Virus record (IMG/VR): IMGVR_UViG_3300018933_000005
Coordinates: 1-60,076 of that record
Strand: one strand, 5' to 3'
Source of the DNA: a virus
Taxonomy: Duplodnaviria > Caudoviricetes
Length of the DNA stretch: 60,076 bases
Shown here: one piece after another, positions 9,177 through 18,242 of the stretch
How the letters are laid out: every line of letters starts with the position of its first letter
Position numbering within the stretch: the stretch's first letter is position 1
Translations under genes and position numbers: made by a program
The notes under the pieces: generated by a model
Told to the model about the DNA's origin: nothing
Database searches by the model: none
The model's input: only the letters and a program-made list of their open reading frames with translations

Positions 9177-10904
9177 TCAGACGATCATCATGTCGTCCTC
9201 GTCCTCATAGGCCGACCGCCGCTTCGGCGGGCGGGCCAGGATCTCCGACATCGCCGTCGCCAGTGCCGACACACCGTCGATCTTGTCTCCGGAGTTGGCC
9301 TTGTCCGGCTTCACGTTTCCCGCCGGGTCCATCGCGACCGCCAGGTTGTCCACACACCAGCGGGCCACCGGGTGCCCGCCGTGCCGCAGTGCCGGCGCCT
9401 CTGGCGTGCCCTGCAACACCAGCCGCTGCACCGCTTTCATCGCCGGGTTCATCGTCACGAACCCCTGCCGCACCTTGACCAGCGGCGCTCGCTCCGCAGT
9501 CAGCATCGTCGTCAGATGCGACGCGTTCCACGGGTCGTAGCCGATGGACTTGACCTTGAAGGCGTCTCGGTCCCGGCGGATCTGCTCGATGATGTAGTCG
9601 TAGTCCGCGACGTTCCCCGGCGTCGCCACCAGGAAGCCCTCGCGCACCCACCGCGATGCCGCCCCCGCGGTCCGCTTGTCCAGCGACCGGAGGTTCGCCT
9701 CCGGCGTCCAGAACCGCCAGATCGCATCCAGGGTGTCGTCCCGGTCGTTGGGGAACAGCCAGCACAGCGCACACAGGTCCGAGGTCGACGCAAGGTCCAG
9801 CCCTCCCCAGCACTCCCGGCCCTTCAGCGCCTGCTCGTCCACCAGGCCCGCGTTGTTGTCCCAGTCCTCCAGCCGAATGAACCGGGTGCTCTGCTTCGTG
9901 CGGATGCCCAGGTGGAGACGGAGGAACTTCGCCAGGTCTGCGGGGCTCTGCTGCGCCTCGGCCGCCGCACCCCGCAGGTACGCCGCCGACGGCGACACCC
10001 CGTACCCCGGGTTCGCCTTCCGCCACGTCTCCTCAGAGAACGGATCGTCCGACTCGTCCGCACCCCACACCACGCCGTAGGTGTCCGGGTCGTGCAGCGC
10101 CCTACGGGCCAGTTGCTCCACATACTGGCGACGCCGGTCGTAGATGGACTCCTGCTTGCCCTCATCCGCCGTCGTGATCGTCACCACAAGCGGCTGACGG
10201 CGCGAGCCCGTGCCCGTCTCGATCGTCTCCACCAGGTCCGGGGTCTTATGAACGTGGAGCTCGTCGATGATGCCGCCGTGGACGTTCGCCCCGTGCAAGG
10301 CCTCCGCCACCGAGGAGACCACCGTGAAGTACGAACCCGACGCCGGGTGCACGATCTTCTTCGTGAACGCCTTGACGTTGCCCTTCAGCGCCGGCGCCCG
10401 CTCCGCGATCGTGCGGATCGGGTCGAACGTGTAGCGGGCCTGCCGCTCGTTCGTCGCCGCCGCATACACCTGCGCGCCCGGCTCGCCGTCCGCCGCCATC
10501 AGGTACATGGCGATGCCACCGCTGAGGGTCGTCTTCCCGTTCCTCCTAGGAACGTCCACGTACAGCTTGCGGACGATCCGCACGTACCCCTCGGCCTCGT
10601 CGTCCCACCGCACCCAGCCGAAAACGGGGGCAATGATGTACGCCACCTGCCACGGGTCCGGGTCCAGCGGCTTCCCCGCCCACTTGCCCTGCGTGTGCCG
10701 CAGCAGGTGAAACGCTCGCAGCACCCGATCCACCCGCTCCGGATCGAACACCGCGCCCGACGCCTCCCCCGGCGACGGGGTCTGCACCTTCGGCGGGCAG
10801 TCCGGCAGCGGGATCCCGCGGGCCTCCAGATACCAGGCAACCTCCGGACTAATCCCCAGATCAGCCGGATCCGGAGCCCGCGAACGGGTTCGCTTCGTCG
10901 CCAT
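9177..10904 (-). CDS. terL: Terminase large subunit
   Basis: PWQ, VPRRNGKT (Walker A), IIDELH (Walker B), ITTA, GLDLAST, KIDGVSA. Confidence 0.97.
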   Translation of the reverse strand: MATKRTRSRAPDPADLGISPEVAWYLEARGIPLPDCPPKVQTPSPGEASGAVFDPERVDRVLRAFHLLRHTQGKWAGKPLDPDPWQVAYIIAPVFGWVRWDDEAEGYVRIVRKLYVDVPRRNGKTTLSGGIAMYLMAADGEPGAQVYAAATNERQARYTFDPIRTIAERAPALKGNVKAFTKKIVHPASGSYFTVVSSVAEALHGANVHGGIIDELHVHKTPDLVETIETGTGSRRQPLVVTITTADEGKQESIYDRRRQYVEQLARRALHDPDTYGVVWGADESDDPFSEETWRKANPGYGVSPSAAYLRGAAAEAQQSPADLAKFLRLHLGIRTKQSTRFIRLEDWDNNAGLVDEQALKGRECWGGLDLASTSDLCALCWLFPNDRDDTLDAIWRFWTPEANLRSLDKRTAGAASRWVREGFLVATPGNVADYDYIIEQIRRDRDAFKVKSIGYDPWNASHLTTMLTAERAPLVKVRQGFVTMNPAMKAVQRLVLQGTPEAPALRHGGHPVARWCVDNLAVAMDPAGNVKPDKANSGDKIDGVSALATAMSEILARPPKRRSAYEDEDDMMIV

Positions 10905-11331
10905 CGTCGCCCCCGCCTCGCGCCAGGGCCTGCTCCGTCGACGGTGTCAGGCCGAAGTGGGCCGCCCACGCCCGCATCTCCCGGCCGGCGTTCCGGGCGA
11001 TCGCCACACACGGGTGCGCCAGCTTGCCCTGCCGCGCGTTGATGACCAGGCCCTCCTCCTGCACCACGCGCGTCGCCGCCACGAACGTCGCCCACGCCTC
11101 GCAGTACGCGGCCAACGCAGCCCGGTCCTGCTCCTTCACCAGATCCAGCCGGGACAGCTCCGGGATCACCCGGCGCCACTCCGCCTTCGCCTCAGCGCTC
11201 AGCCACGTCGGCGGCTTCGGCGGCACTCGCTTGAACGCCGGCCCCGACTCGACCTTCCGCCCGCCCGAGTCCCGGCCCGGCGACCGGCCGGAGATCAACT
11301 TCAGCTTCGCGGGGGCAGCGGCCTTGGCCAT
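10861..11331 (-). CDS. terS: Terminase small subunit, P27 family
   Basis: PPTWLSAEAKAEW, LAAYC, HP, FGLTPST. Confidence 0.93.
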   Translation of the reverse strand: MAKAAAPAKLKLISGRSPGRDSGGRKVESGPAFKRVPPKPPTWLSAEAKAEWRRVIPELSRLDLVKEQDRAALAAYCEAWATFVAATRVVQEEGLVINARQGKLAHPCVAIARNAGREMRAWAAHFGLTPSTEQALARGGGDDGDEANPFAGSGSG

Positions 11332-11435
11332 GATGACCCCCTATCGGCGAGGTGAGCGTGTGCCTTCTGAGTTCACCGCGGCGCTGTCCGCAAGATCAGC
11401 GCCCGTGATTTCGACTCCCCTCCCCCCGTCGGCAA

Positions 11436-11509
11436 GGCTCTGACCTGCATAAACGCGCAATCCAGCCCCTCAGCAGGGCCTTGCTCACACAAAACCGCAG
11501 GTCAGAGCC
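11436..11509. repeat. 13-bp perfect inverted repeat in the probable cos region
   Basis: GGCTCTGACCTGC (11436-11448) and GCAGGTCAGAGCC (11497-11509) between terS and HNH. Confidence 0.7.
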
Positions 11510-11541
11510 CCACAAAGGGCGGAAGAGCCTGATCGACAGAA

Positions 11542-11895
11542 TCAGAACGTCAGTCTGGAGCCACCAGGACGCGTCCGGTTGCGCCTGTCCTGTCCGCTCT
11601 TGATCTCGTGACAGTCCGTGCACAGTGACTGGACGTTCGCCGGATCCCACTTCGACCCGCCGTCGGACAGCGGACGGATGTGGTCCACCTCGGTGGCCAT
11701 GCGTCCACACCAACGGCACTGCGGTTCGAGCCTCAGCCGCTCCGCTCTGAACGCGCGCCACTTGCGCGTGCTGCCCTTGCCCCACGCCTTGGACCGGTTG
11801 GCCCACGCCTTCCGCTTGTGCGCATCGCAGCGCCCCTCGGTGGTCAGCTCGTAGCACCCAGGCTCCCCGCACCGGGAGGGGGGAGAGGTCGGCAC
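11542..11895 (-). CDS. HNH endonuclease (terminase-associated, HK97 gp74-like)
   Basis: CRWCG..ATEVDHIRPL..GG...NVQSLCTDCHEIK; directly upstream of terS. Confidence 0.93.
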   Translation of the reverse strand: MPTSPPSRCGEPGCYELTTEGRCDAHKRKAWANRSKAWGKGSTRKWRAFRAERLRLEPQCRWCGRMATEVDHIRPLSDGGSKWDPANVQSLCTDCHEIKSGQDRRNRTRPGGSRLTF

Positions 11896-11940
11896 GGGGG
11901 CCTCCTCTCCCCGCAGGGGGCACCTTGCTACAGGGTGGCC

Positions 11941-12315
11941 CTACTCCTTGCTGACCCCGGTCGCCTCGCCGTTGACCATGGTGGCGAGGATGCGGGCCTG
12001 GGCTTCCTTCTTCGCCGGGACGGGGCACAGCATGACCTGATCGCCGTTCTCGATGGTGATGAACAACTGGTTCATGTCCTTCTTGATCAGCAGCGCGAAC
12101 ACCCCGGTAAGAAGGACACGAGTCGCTGTGACCCGCTTCCCTGCCTCCTCGCCTCGCTCGATGGTGATACGCGCCCCGTCGACGGGGACGGGCTCCTGGT
12201 TGGGCGCGCGGAACTTGCCTCCCATGACGGTGAGGCCGGCCGCTGCCGCCGCGGCGGTGATCTGCCGCATGCGCTTCGCTGCGGCCTTCTCCTCGTCGTT
12301 CTTCTTGCCGAACAT
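11941..12315 (-). CDS. Hypothetical protein (KRVTATRVLLTGVFAL motif, possibly membrane-associated)
   Basis: ATG 12315 with RBS. Confidence 0.65.
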   Translation of the reverse strand: MFGKKNDEEKAAAKRMRQITAAAAAAGLTVMGGKFRAPNQEPVPVDGARITIERGEEAGKRVTATRVLLTGVFALLIKKDMNQLFITIENGDQVMLCPVPAKKEAQARILATMVNGEATGVSKE

Positions 12316-12517
12316 GATCCCCCCCACGGGATGGCGCTGATGACCGGGCCATCCTGCACGACCTAGCGTCAGCGCGCGGGGCGTTCGCTCGAAGTAGGCC
12401 CGCCCCAGCGGGTGAATCCGCCGGGGTGGGAGCATGGGTGCCTGCTGCCCGGGCGCCCAGACCGGGCAACAGGCGGCGCCACCGCCGGGGGGACCGCGGG
12501 GCGCGCTGAGGGGAGGG

Positions 12518-12784
12518 TCAAGCGTCGTCGCTCGCCACGTCAGCGCGGGCCCGGGTGAGCGCGTAGTCGAGGAGCCCCATCAGTCGGTGGTACGGCACAC
12601 CTCCGCCGATCGGGACCACCGTGGCGACCTGGGTGCTGGCTCCCTCGTGGTCGTAGCGCTGCCGGGAGGCGACAAGAACCCATTCGGTAAGGACGCCGTC
12701 ACTGCCCTCCAGCCGGAGAACGTCCTCGATCGCCGCCTCCAGCCGCTGGTACGCGGCCTTGAGTTCCGCCGACGGCTCGGACAC
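12518..12784 (-). CDS. Hypothetical phage protein
   Basis: 88 aa with RBS. Confidence 0.65.
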   Translation of the reverse strand: MSEPSAELKAAYQRLEAAIEDVLRLEGSDGVLTEWVLVASRQRYDHEGASTQVATVVPIGGGVPYHRLMGLLDYALTRARADVASDDA

Positions 12785-12802
12785 GACCGGCCCCCTTCCG
12801 GG

Positions 12803-13075
12803 TCAGGCGGGCTCGTAGGTCTGCTCGAAGATGTCCGGCTTGCAGAGGTAGTACTCACCCTGGACGCCTCGGATGATCCAGTCACCGACGGAGGCCGTCA
12901 TGTCGCCTTCGAGGGTGTGGATGACGATGCCGTCGTGTAGGCCGCGACCGGGTCCGGGGAGCTTGGTCTCCTCGACCTTGCCGGTCTGCCCCATGAAGGC
13001 GGCGATTTCATCGCGGTTGGTGCCGTCGTAGCGGATGGCCTCGACCTCGACGGGCTTCTTGCGGTAGCGGCCCAC
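12803..13075 (-). CDS. Conserved phage protein (YRKKPV...TLEG...GDWIIRGVQGE...CKPDIF family)
   Basis: GTG 13075 after AAGGAGG; recognisable widespread phage family of unknown function. Confidence 0.8.
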   Translation of the reverse strand: MGRYRKKPVEVEAIRYDGTNRDEIAAFMGQTGKVEETKLPGPGRGLHDGIVIHTLEGDMTASVGDWIIRGVQGEYYLCKPDIFEQTYEPA

Positions 13076-13092
13076 AGCCGCCTCCTTCCGGG

Positions 13093-13323
13093 TCAGGCGG
13101 CTTTGCGGCCTTCGGGCAGCGGGGGCGGGTCGCCGAGAATGACCTCGTCGGTCCACTCGTCCACGATCTTCCGCGGGAGTTCGTCCAGGTCGTACCGCAC
13201 GGCCTTGCCGCTGCCGTAGCGGGTGATGCGACCTTCCGACGCCCAGCGCCAGATCGTGCCGACCGGCCGGCCCGTGTAGTGGGCGGCTTCTGCCGCAGTG
13301 ACGAGGATGGGAGGCATGCTCAC
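13093..13323 (-). CDS. MerR/excisionase-type HTH DNA-binding protein
   Basis: LVTAAEAA...VGTIWRWASEGRI...RYDL. Confidence 0.8.
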   Translation of the reverse strand: MSMPPILVTAAEAAHYTGRPVGTIWRWASEGRITRYGSGKAVRYDLDELPRKIVDEWTDEVILGDPPPLPEGRKAA

Positions 13324-13337
13324 CTCCCTGAATGACG

Positions 13338-13364
13338 AAGGGCCACCCGGTGTGGGGTGGCCCT
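13338..13364 (-). terminator. Hairpin, probable terminator in the late leader
   Basis: AGGGCCACCC-loop-GGGTGGCCCT. Confidence 0.6.
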
Positions 13365-13389
13365 GTCGACAAAAGTTCTAGTGGATCAC

Positions 13390-13419
13390 AGCGTGCCTTC
13401 GGTGACCGGGAGCTGTCAA
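13390..13419 (-). promoter_or_regulatory. Sigma70/HrdB-like promoter facing the late genes
   Basis: TTGACA-N18-CACGCT on the minus strand. Confidence 0.55.
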
Positions 13420-13438
13420 GCAAGGACGCGGCGAGTCG

Positions 13439-13990
13439 TCACAGCGCCCCGAGCACCGCCAGCAGCTTCCGTGTGCCGGCGGGCCCCCAGTCGGGGCAGA
13501 CCACGGTGATCTGCTGGGCGCGCTCGATGGCCCGGCAGGCGTCGCGGTGGACGACGCCAGACCAGATGTTCCGCAGGTCCCGGACGGGGAGACGCCCACC
13601 GAACCAGGTGAAGTCCTGGCCGCCGACCATGGTGCAGGGCATCCGCTCGTCCTCGATGACGCGGCAGCCGTGGCGGGAGGCGGCGCGGCGGATGCGGTCG
13701 GCGACCGCGGGTTCGGCGAAGCCGCACACGGCGGCCCGCTGCTGCCAGCGCTCCCCGTTGTGGCCGCGACCGTCGCTGCCGGGCTGGGAGTTCCAGGTCA
13801 GGTAGCCGGCCCGGTTGGCGGCGGCGAGCTGCGGCATCAGCTCCCGGGTCTCCTCATCCGGGCCGCAGCCCGGGGTGTAGCCGGGCTGGGAGCCGATCCG
13901 GCCCTCCAGCCAGCAGGCGGTCAACTGGCCTAGGTCGGCGAGGGTGCGGGCCTCGGCCCACAGCTTGCGGTCGGGGCGGGGCATGCGCAT
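13439..13990 (-). CDS. Hypothetical protein (DUF6919-like)
   Basis: PDEET...N.AGYLT..SQPG...WQQRAAVCGF. Confidence 0.65.
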   Translation of the reverse strand: MRMPRPDRKLWAEARTLADLGQLTACWLEGRIGSQPGYTPGCGPDEETRELMPQLAAANRAGYLTWNSQPGSDGRGHNGERWQQRAAVCGFAEPAVADRIRRAASRHGCRVIEDERMPCTMVGGQDFTWFGGRLPVRDLRNIWSGVVHRDACRAIERAQQITVVCPDWGPAGTRKLLAVLGAL

Positions 13991-14012
13991 GGTCTTCTCC
14001 TTCGGTGGTGGG

Positions 14013-14492
14013 TCAGGCGGCGTCGGCGGCGGCTTCGTCGAGGAGCCGGGCGGCCATGCGGCCGTCCCGGATCAAGCGGTCGTTGGCGGCGGGCACGGTC
14101 TCCACGTCGGGCCCGAACTCGCGGCGGATCGCGTCGAGCAGCACCCGGCACGCGTCGTCGGCCACTCCCCCGCCTTCGGCCTCGGCGCGGATCGCGCCGA
14201 TGAGGCACACCCGGCCCTGCTCGTCGCGCAACCGCCCGCTGCACCAGCCGCCCTCGACCCGGCGCGCGGCCCGCCACAGGCAGACGGCCACCGGGGCGGT
14301 GTACGGGCAGGGAGGCGGCTCGGTGGCCGGCAGCTCAACCGGGAGCCGGATCACGTCGGCCAGGTCCAGCCCGGTGGTCTGGATCCGGGCGTCGACGGCG
14401 AGGGCGGCCAGAGCGAGGCGGTCGTCGAAGCCGAGCGGCTCGGCGGGGGTGCGGGTGCGGGTCGGAGGGGCGGTCAGGGCGGGCGCGAGCAT
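14013..14492 (-). CDS. Hypothetical protein (DUF6197-like)
   Basis: GWCSG....G.VCLIGAIR...ND motif. Confidence 0.65.
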   Translation of the reverse strand: MLAPALTAPPTRTRTPAEPLGFDDRLALAALAVDARIQTTGLDLADVIRLPVELPATEPPPCPYTAPVAVCLWRAARRVEGGWCSGRLRDEQGRVCLIGAIRAEAEGGGVADDACRVLLDAIRREFGPDVETVPAANDRLIRDGRMAARLLDEAAADAA

Positions 14493-14529
14493 GATCGGAC
14501 TCCTTGGGGACGTTTCGGGTGATTTCGGG

Positions 14530-14680
14530 TGCTCAGCGGCATGGCGGTGCTGCTCCGCCGCAGGTCAGAACTGCTCAGCTCCTTGCTCAGGGGCTGCTCA
14601 GAGCAGATCCTGAGCAAGGCTTGAGCAGCCCCTTGAGCAGCTCTGACCTGCGGGGATTCATCGCCGAGCAGAGCTGAGCA
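14530..14680. repeat. clt-like array of TGCTCA(G) repeats forming a large imperfect palindrome
   Basis: TGCTCA at 14530, 14572, 14584, 14595 (TGCTCC 14551); inverted TGAGCA at 14611, 14622, 14634, 14675 (CGAGCA 14665); immediately 3' of traB. Confidence 0.8.
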
Positions 14681-14703
14681 GGGGGATGATCAGGGCATAA
14701 CGG

Positions 14704-16830
14704 TCACAGGACGCGGGCCAGCACGTCCCGCTTGAAGCCCCGCGGGTTGGCCATCCCGTCCAGCGGGCCGAGCGTCACCGGCTTCCCGACACCGGCCTCG
14801 GCGAACAGTTCCTTCAGGCCGTCCGGCGTCAGGTCGCCGTAGGCGCCCGGGTCGTGCCCGGCGAGCGCGGCGACGAGAGTCTCGGTGCGCATCCGGTCCA
14901 CCCCGGCCTTGTCCATCAGATCGACGGCATCGGCCACCACAGCCGTGGACAGTCGGTCCACCGCCCCGGCTGGCGGCTCGGCACCACACAGCTTCAAGAG
15001 CTGCTCCCACGTGAGGAGCTCCACAGGCGCCTCGCGCTTGAGGTTGCCCTCAGCGTCGAAGACGGGCTCGACGTACTCCGGCAGATCCACCTCGGCCATA
15101 GCGTTCAGGCTGTCCTGGTCGGGCTCGACCAGTCCGGCCTCGCGGCGCTCGGCAGCGAGCTTCTTCAACGTCGCGGACGACACCTCGTGAACGGCGTACT
15201 CGATCGGCTCATCGGCCATGCCGGGCACGCCCTGGATGTAGATGTGGCCGGCGTCCTTGGGGTCGGTGTCGGTAGCCGGGGACAGGCGGTGCGGCAGCCA
15301 GCCCTCATTGACGGCGCCGTCGCCGAACACGGCGCGGGTGTCGCCGACCTTGCAGGGCCCGACGGCCTTGAGGGCGATCATCTGGGCGATGTTCTCCCCC
15401 AGGTAGAGCTTGGTGCCGCCCTGGGAGGCGATCTCAACGTCGATGAGTTCCTTGCGCCCGACGAGCAGCAGGTCGAACGCCAGCTTCTTCGCCAGCTCGG
15501 ATGCCTTCGGGAACTCATCGAAGAAGATCGTGACAGCCGGGTGCTCGGGGCTGGCCTTCCACTTCCTGCCCATGCCGAGCTTCTTGCGCAGCCGGGCGCG
15601 GGCCTTGGACATCACGAGGAAGAACAGCAGGACCGCCTCGATCTGCTCGTGGGTGCGGGCGGTGATCCGCACCGCGTCGTGGAGGTCTTCCAGACCGTCC
15701 CCGTGGGGGTCGAGGTCGATGGTGATGTTGTCGTAGCAGGCCGTGGTGCCTTCGGCGAGGGCCTGGAGGATGCCGGTCTTGCCACCACCGGACGCGGCGA
15801 CGATCAGACCCATCACCCCGGCAAGGGAAACCTCCAGCGGATCGCCGCCGACGGAGGTGCCGATGCGGAACCGGTCGGTGATGGACATGGACTTCGGGGC
15901 CCGGTAGGGCAGGCTGGGCGCGGAGGCGAACGGGTCGCCAGAGACGAGCCGCAGCACCGCGCAGGCACGCCGCTCGACCATGGGCTGCGGCCGGACGCCG
16001 TTCTGCGGCAGGTCGAAGCGGGTCTCCAGATCGCCCGCAACCTTGATGATGGCCTCGGGGGTGCCTTCGGAGACACGGACAACGCACTGCCAGCCCCACG
16101 GGTGCTGCACGACGTCGCTGACATCGGCGACGGGCACGCCTTCGGCGAGGAGGGCCAGCAGCACGCACATGGCGGCCTGCTCGGGGGTCTGGGCGTGGGC
16201 GATGGGGAACGGCTTGGCGCCTTCGGGGAGCTGATCGACGGTCATGACGCCGGAGCGCGGGGCAGCAGAGCCTTCGGGGAGGGGCTGCGGCATGAAGGAC
16301 GGCCCGGCCCCGGCCTGGTTGTGGTCGCGGCCGTGCCAGACGCCGACGGTGTAGTAGGCGGCGGCGAGGAGGAGGTCGATCCACAGGCTGCCGGTGACGG
16401 CGGCGACACCGGTGCCGACAGCGACCGGGGCGCCCCAGGCAGCGGTCAAGCCGGCGTGGATGAGGCGGTGGCGCCGGTACTCCTCGCGGCGGGCGGTGAG
16501 GATCGCCCGCTGCTTCGACTCCTCGTTCACGTCGCCGGCGGCGGCCTTGAGGGCGGTCTTGGCGGAGCGGATCATCTGCGGGTAGTCGTCGCGGTGGGCG
16601 TCGAGCCAGCGGCGGCCGAGGCGGGCGTAGCCGCGGGCGGCGTGCGGGAGGCGGGCGCGGCGGGCGACGGTGGCGGCGCGCTCGGCGAGGACCCGGCTGG
16701 AGTGGATCCAGGAGGGGGCGGTGTCGTGCTTCTCGACGACCGCCCCCACGGCCGGCTCGGGGGCGTCCTTCACGAGGGTCAGGACCGGGCGCTGCTCGCC
16801 GGTCTCCGGGGTGTAGGGGGCGGTGGTCAT
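14704..16830 (-). CDS. traB: TraB-like FtsK/SpoIIIE conjugative DNA translocase
   Basis: N-terminal TM pair, Walker A AASGGGKT, DPHG, Walker B IFFDEF, GRK..IASQ, GW.PHRL, C-terminal wHTH-like domain ending NPRGF. Confidence 0.85.
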   Translation of the reverse strand: MTTAPYTPETGEQRPVLTLVKDAPEPAVGAVVEKHDTAPSWIHSSRVLAERAATVARRARLPHAARGYARLGRRWLDAHRDDYPQMIRSAKTALKAAAGDVNEESKQRAILTARREEYRRHRLIHAGLTAAWGAPVAVGTGVAAVTGSLWIDLLLAAAYYTVGVWHGRDHNQAGAGPSFMPQPLPEGSAAPRSGVMTVDQLPEGAKPFPIAHAQTPEQAAMCVLLALLAEGVPVADVSDVVQHPWGWQCVVRVSEGTPEAIIKVAGDLETRFDLPQNGVRPQPMVERRACAVLRLVSGDPFASAPSLPYRAPKSMSITDRFRIGTSVGGDPLEVSLAGVMGLIVAASGGGKTGILQALAEGTTACYDNITIDLDPHGDGLEDLHDAVRITARTHEQIEAVLLFFLVMSKARARLRKKLGMGRKWKASPEHPAVTIFFDEFPKASELAKKLAFDLLLVGRKELIDVEIASQGGTKLYLGENIAQMIALKAVGPCKVGDTRAVFGDGAVNEGWLPHRLSPATDTDPKDAGHIYIQGVPGMADEPIEYAVHEVSSATLKKLAAERREAGLVEPDQDSLNAMAEVDLPEYVEPVFDAEGNLKREAPVELLTWEQLLKLCGAEPPAGAVDRLSTAVVADAVDLMDKAGVDRMRTETLVAALAGHDPGAYGDLTPDGLKELFAEAGVGKPVTLGPLDGMANPRGFKRDVLARVL

Positions 16831-16845
16831 GGTGGTGTCTCCGGA

Positions 16846-17967
16846 TCAGTGGTGGTGGCCGTTGACGGCCATGTGCTGGCGGGCGGTGTCGGCGGCGGCG
16901 GCCTTCGCGAGGGGGTGGAAGGGGACGCTGTCGTTCTTGGTGCGGCGGTGCGGCGGGGGCTGCCTGCGGGCCGCCTTCTTGGGGGTCTTCTCGGGCTTGC
17001 TGGAGGAGGGGGGGAGATCGGTAACGACCTGCGGCTTCTTGATCCTCGGAGCGGCCTTCCCGGGAGGCGTCGGCAGCACGAACCCGGACGCCCTCAGACG
17101 CGTCTGGATACGCTCGCGGATCTCGTCCTCGGTGGGCTGCGTACCGGTCTTCGCGGCCTCCAGGGCGATGGCTGACTCGGCGGCCTGGGCGTACAGCTCG
17201 GGCGTCATGCCCGGCATGCGGGTGCCGTACTTGATCTCCCAGGCGGTGGCGAACGCCTCCTCGTAGGAGAGGGTTCCGTAGGGGGCGGCGGACACGAGCC
17301 GGTCGGCGAGCTTCACGGCCGCGCGGTGCTGACGCCGCCGCTTCCGCTCGTGCTTGGCACGCTTCTTCTCCTCGGCGCGCTTGCGGGGGTCGCCGGTCGC
17401 GGCGGACAAGGTCATGACCCACTGCCGCACCTCGAAGAAGAGGGGCCCGAGCATGCTGACGGCTGCGAGGCCCCAGCCGACGAGCGCGCTCTCCTCGGCG
17501 CCGTGGATGTAGTTGATGCGGGCTTCGAACGCTGCGGCGGCGACGCAGAAGGCCCGCAGCAGCCACCGCACCCAGGCGGGGAGCTTCTTCTCATCCGCGT
17601 AGGCAACGCCGGCGGCCATCACCCAGGCGGCACCCGTCAGGGCGAACGGCACCGGCAGCAGCATCAGCGACTTGTCGACGAAGTAGGCGATCTGCGCGGG
17701 CAGGGCCGCGGCGGCGGACGCGGCGACCAGGGCGAGGGTGCCCTTGCGGTAGACGTTGGCGGGGGTGAGGGCCTTCTCCCGGCGGGCGGCACGGGCGGCC
17801 TTGCGCTGGGCCCGCTCACGACGCTGCTGCGCCTTCTCGGCCCGCTTCTCTTCACGGGCGGCACGCCGCTCCTCGCGGGCCAGTTCGGCGCGGTGCCTCT
17901 CGTCCAGGCGGCGCTGCTCGGCCTCGGCGACCTTGTCGGCACGCCGCTCCTCGTACCAGTTGCTCAT
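16846..17967 (-). CDS. SpdB2-like (DUF2637-like) spread membrane protein
   Basis: N-terminal charged coiled coil, four hydrophobic helices, basic C-tail; directly upstream of traB. Confidence 0.7.
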   Translation of the reverse strand: MSNWYEERRADKVAEAEQRRLDERHRAELAREERRAAREEKRAEKAQQRRERAQRKAARAARREKALTPANVYRKGTLALVAASAAAALPAQIAYFVDKSLMLLPVPFALTGAAWVMAAGVAYADEKKLPAWVRWLLRAFCVAAAAFEARINYIHGAEESALVGWGLAAVSMLGPLFFEVRQWVMTLSAATGDPRKRAEEKKRAKHERKRRRQHRAAVKLADRLVSAAPYGTLSYEEAFATAWEIKYGTRMPGMTPELYAQAAESAIALEAAKTGTQPTEDEIRERIQTRLRASGFVLPTPPGKAAPRIKKPQVVTDLPPSSSKPEKTPKKAARRQPPPHRRTKNDSVPFHPLAKAAAADTARQHMAVNGHHH

Positions 17968-17982
17968 CGGTTCTCAGTCCCT

Positions 17983-18207
17983 TCAGGCGCGGGGGATCAG
18001 GTCAAGGCGGATAAGGCCGGGGGAGTCTCCGTGCTGGTCGGCAGCGAGTTGGCTGACCATGTAGGCGCAGATGTCGTCGTGCGTGGTGGGCCTGTCGAGG
18101 GCGATCTCGAACCGGCGGGTCGGGTGCACCTCGTTGGCGTTACCGAGAGTGATGTCGCAGATGTAGGTGCCGGGCTCGTAGATTCGGTCGGTAGAGGCGG
18201 TGCTCAT
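17983..18207 (-). CDS. Hypothetical protein (weakly similar to its neighbour)
   Basis: Shares EPG.Y..D.T start and a similar C-end with 18243..18512. Confidence 0.6.
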   Translation of the reverse strand: MSTASTDRIYEPGTYICDITLGNANEVHPTRRFEIALDRPTTHDDICAYMVSQLAADQHGDSPGLIRLDLIPRA

Positions 18208-18242
18208 CGGGGGTCAGTCCTTCCGGGAGGTCAGGTCGCGGA

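Noticed and set aside
1274-11042. Long plus-strand ORFs over the structural module (e.g. 1274..3181, 4907..6463, 9081..11042)
   Set aside because: Antisense shadows of GC3-rich minus-strand genes with no recognisable motifs; the same applies to 14854..17175, 38301..40232 and 51645..54308
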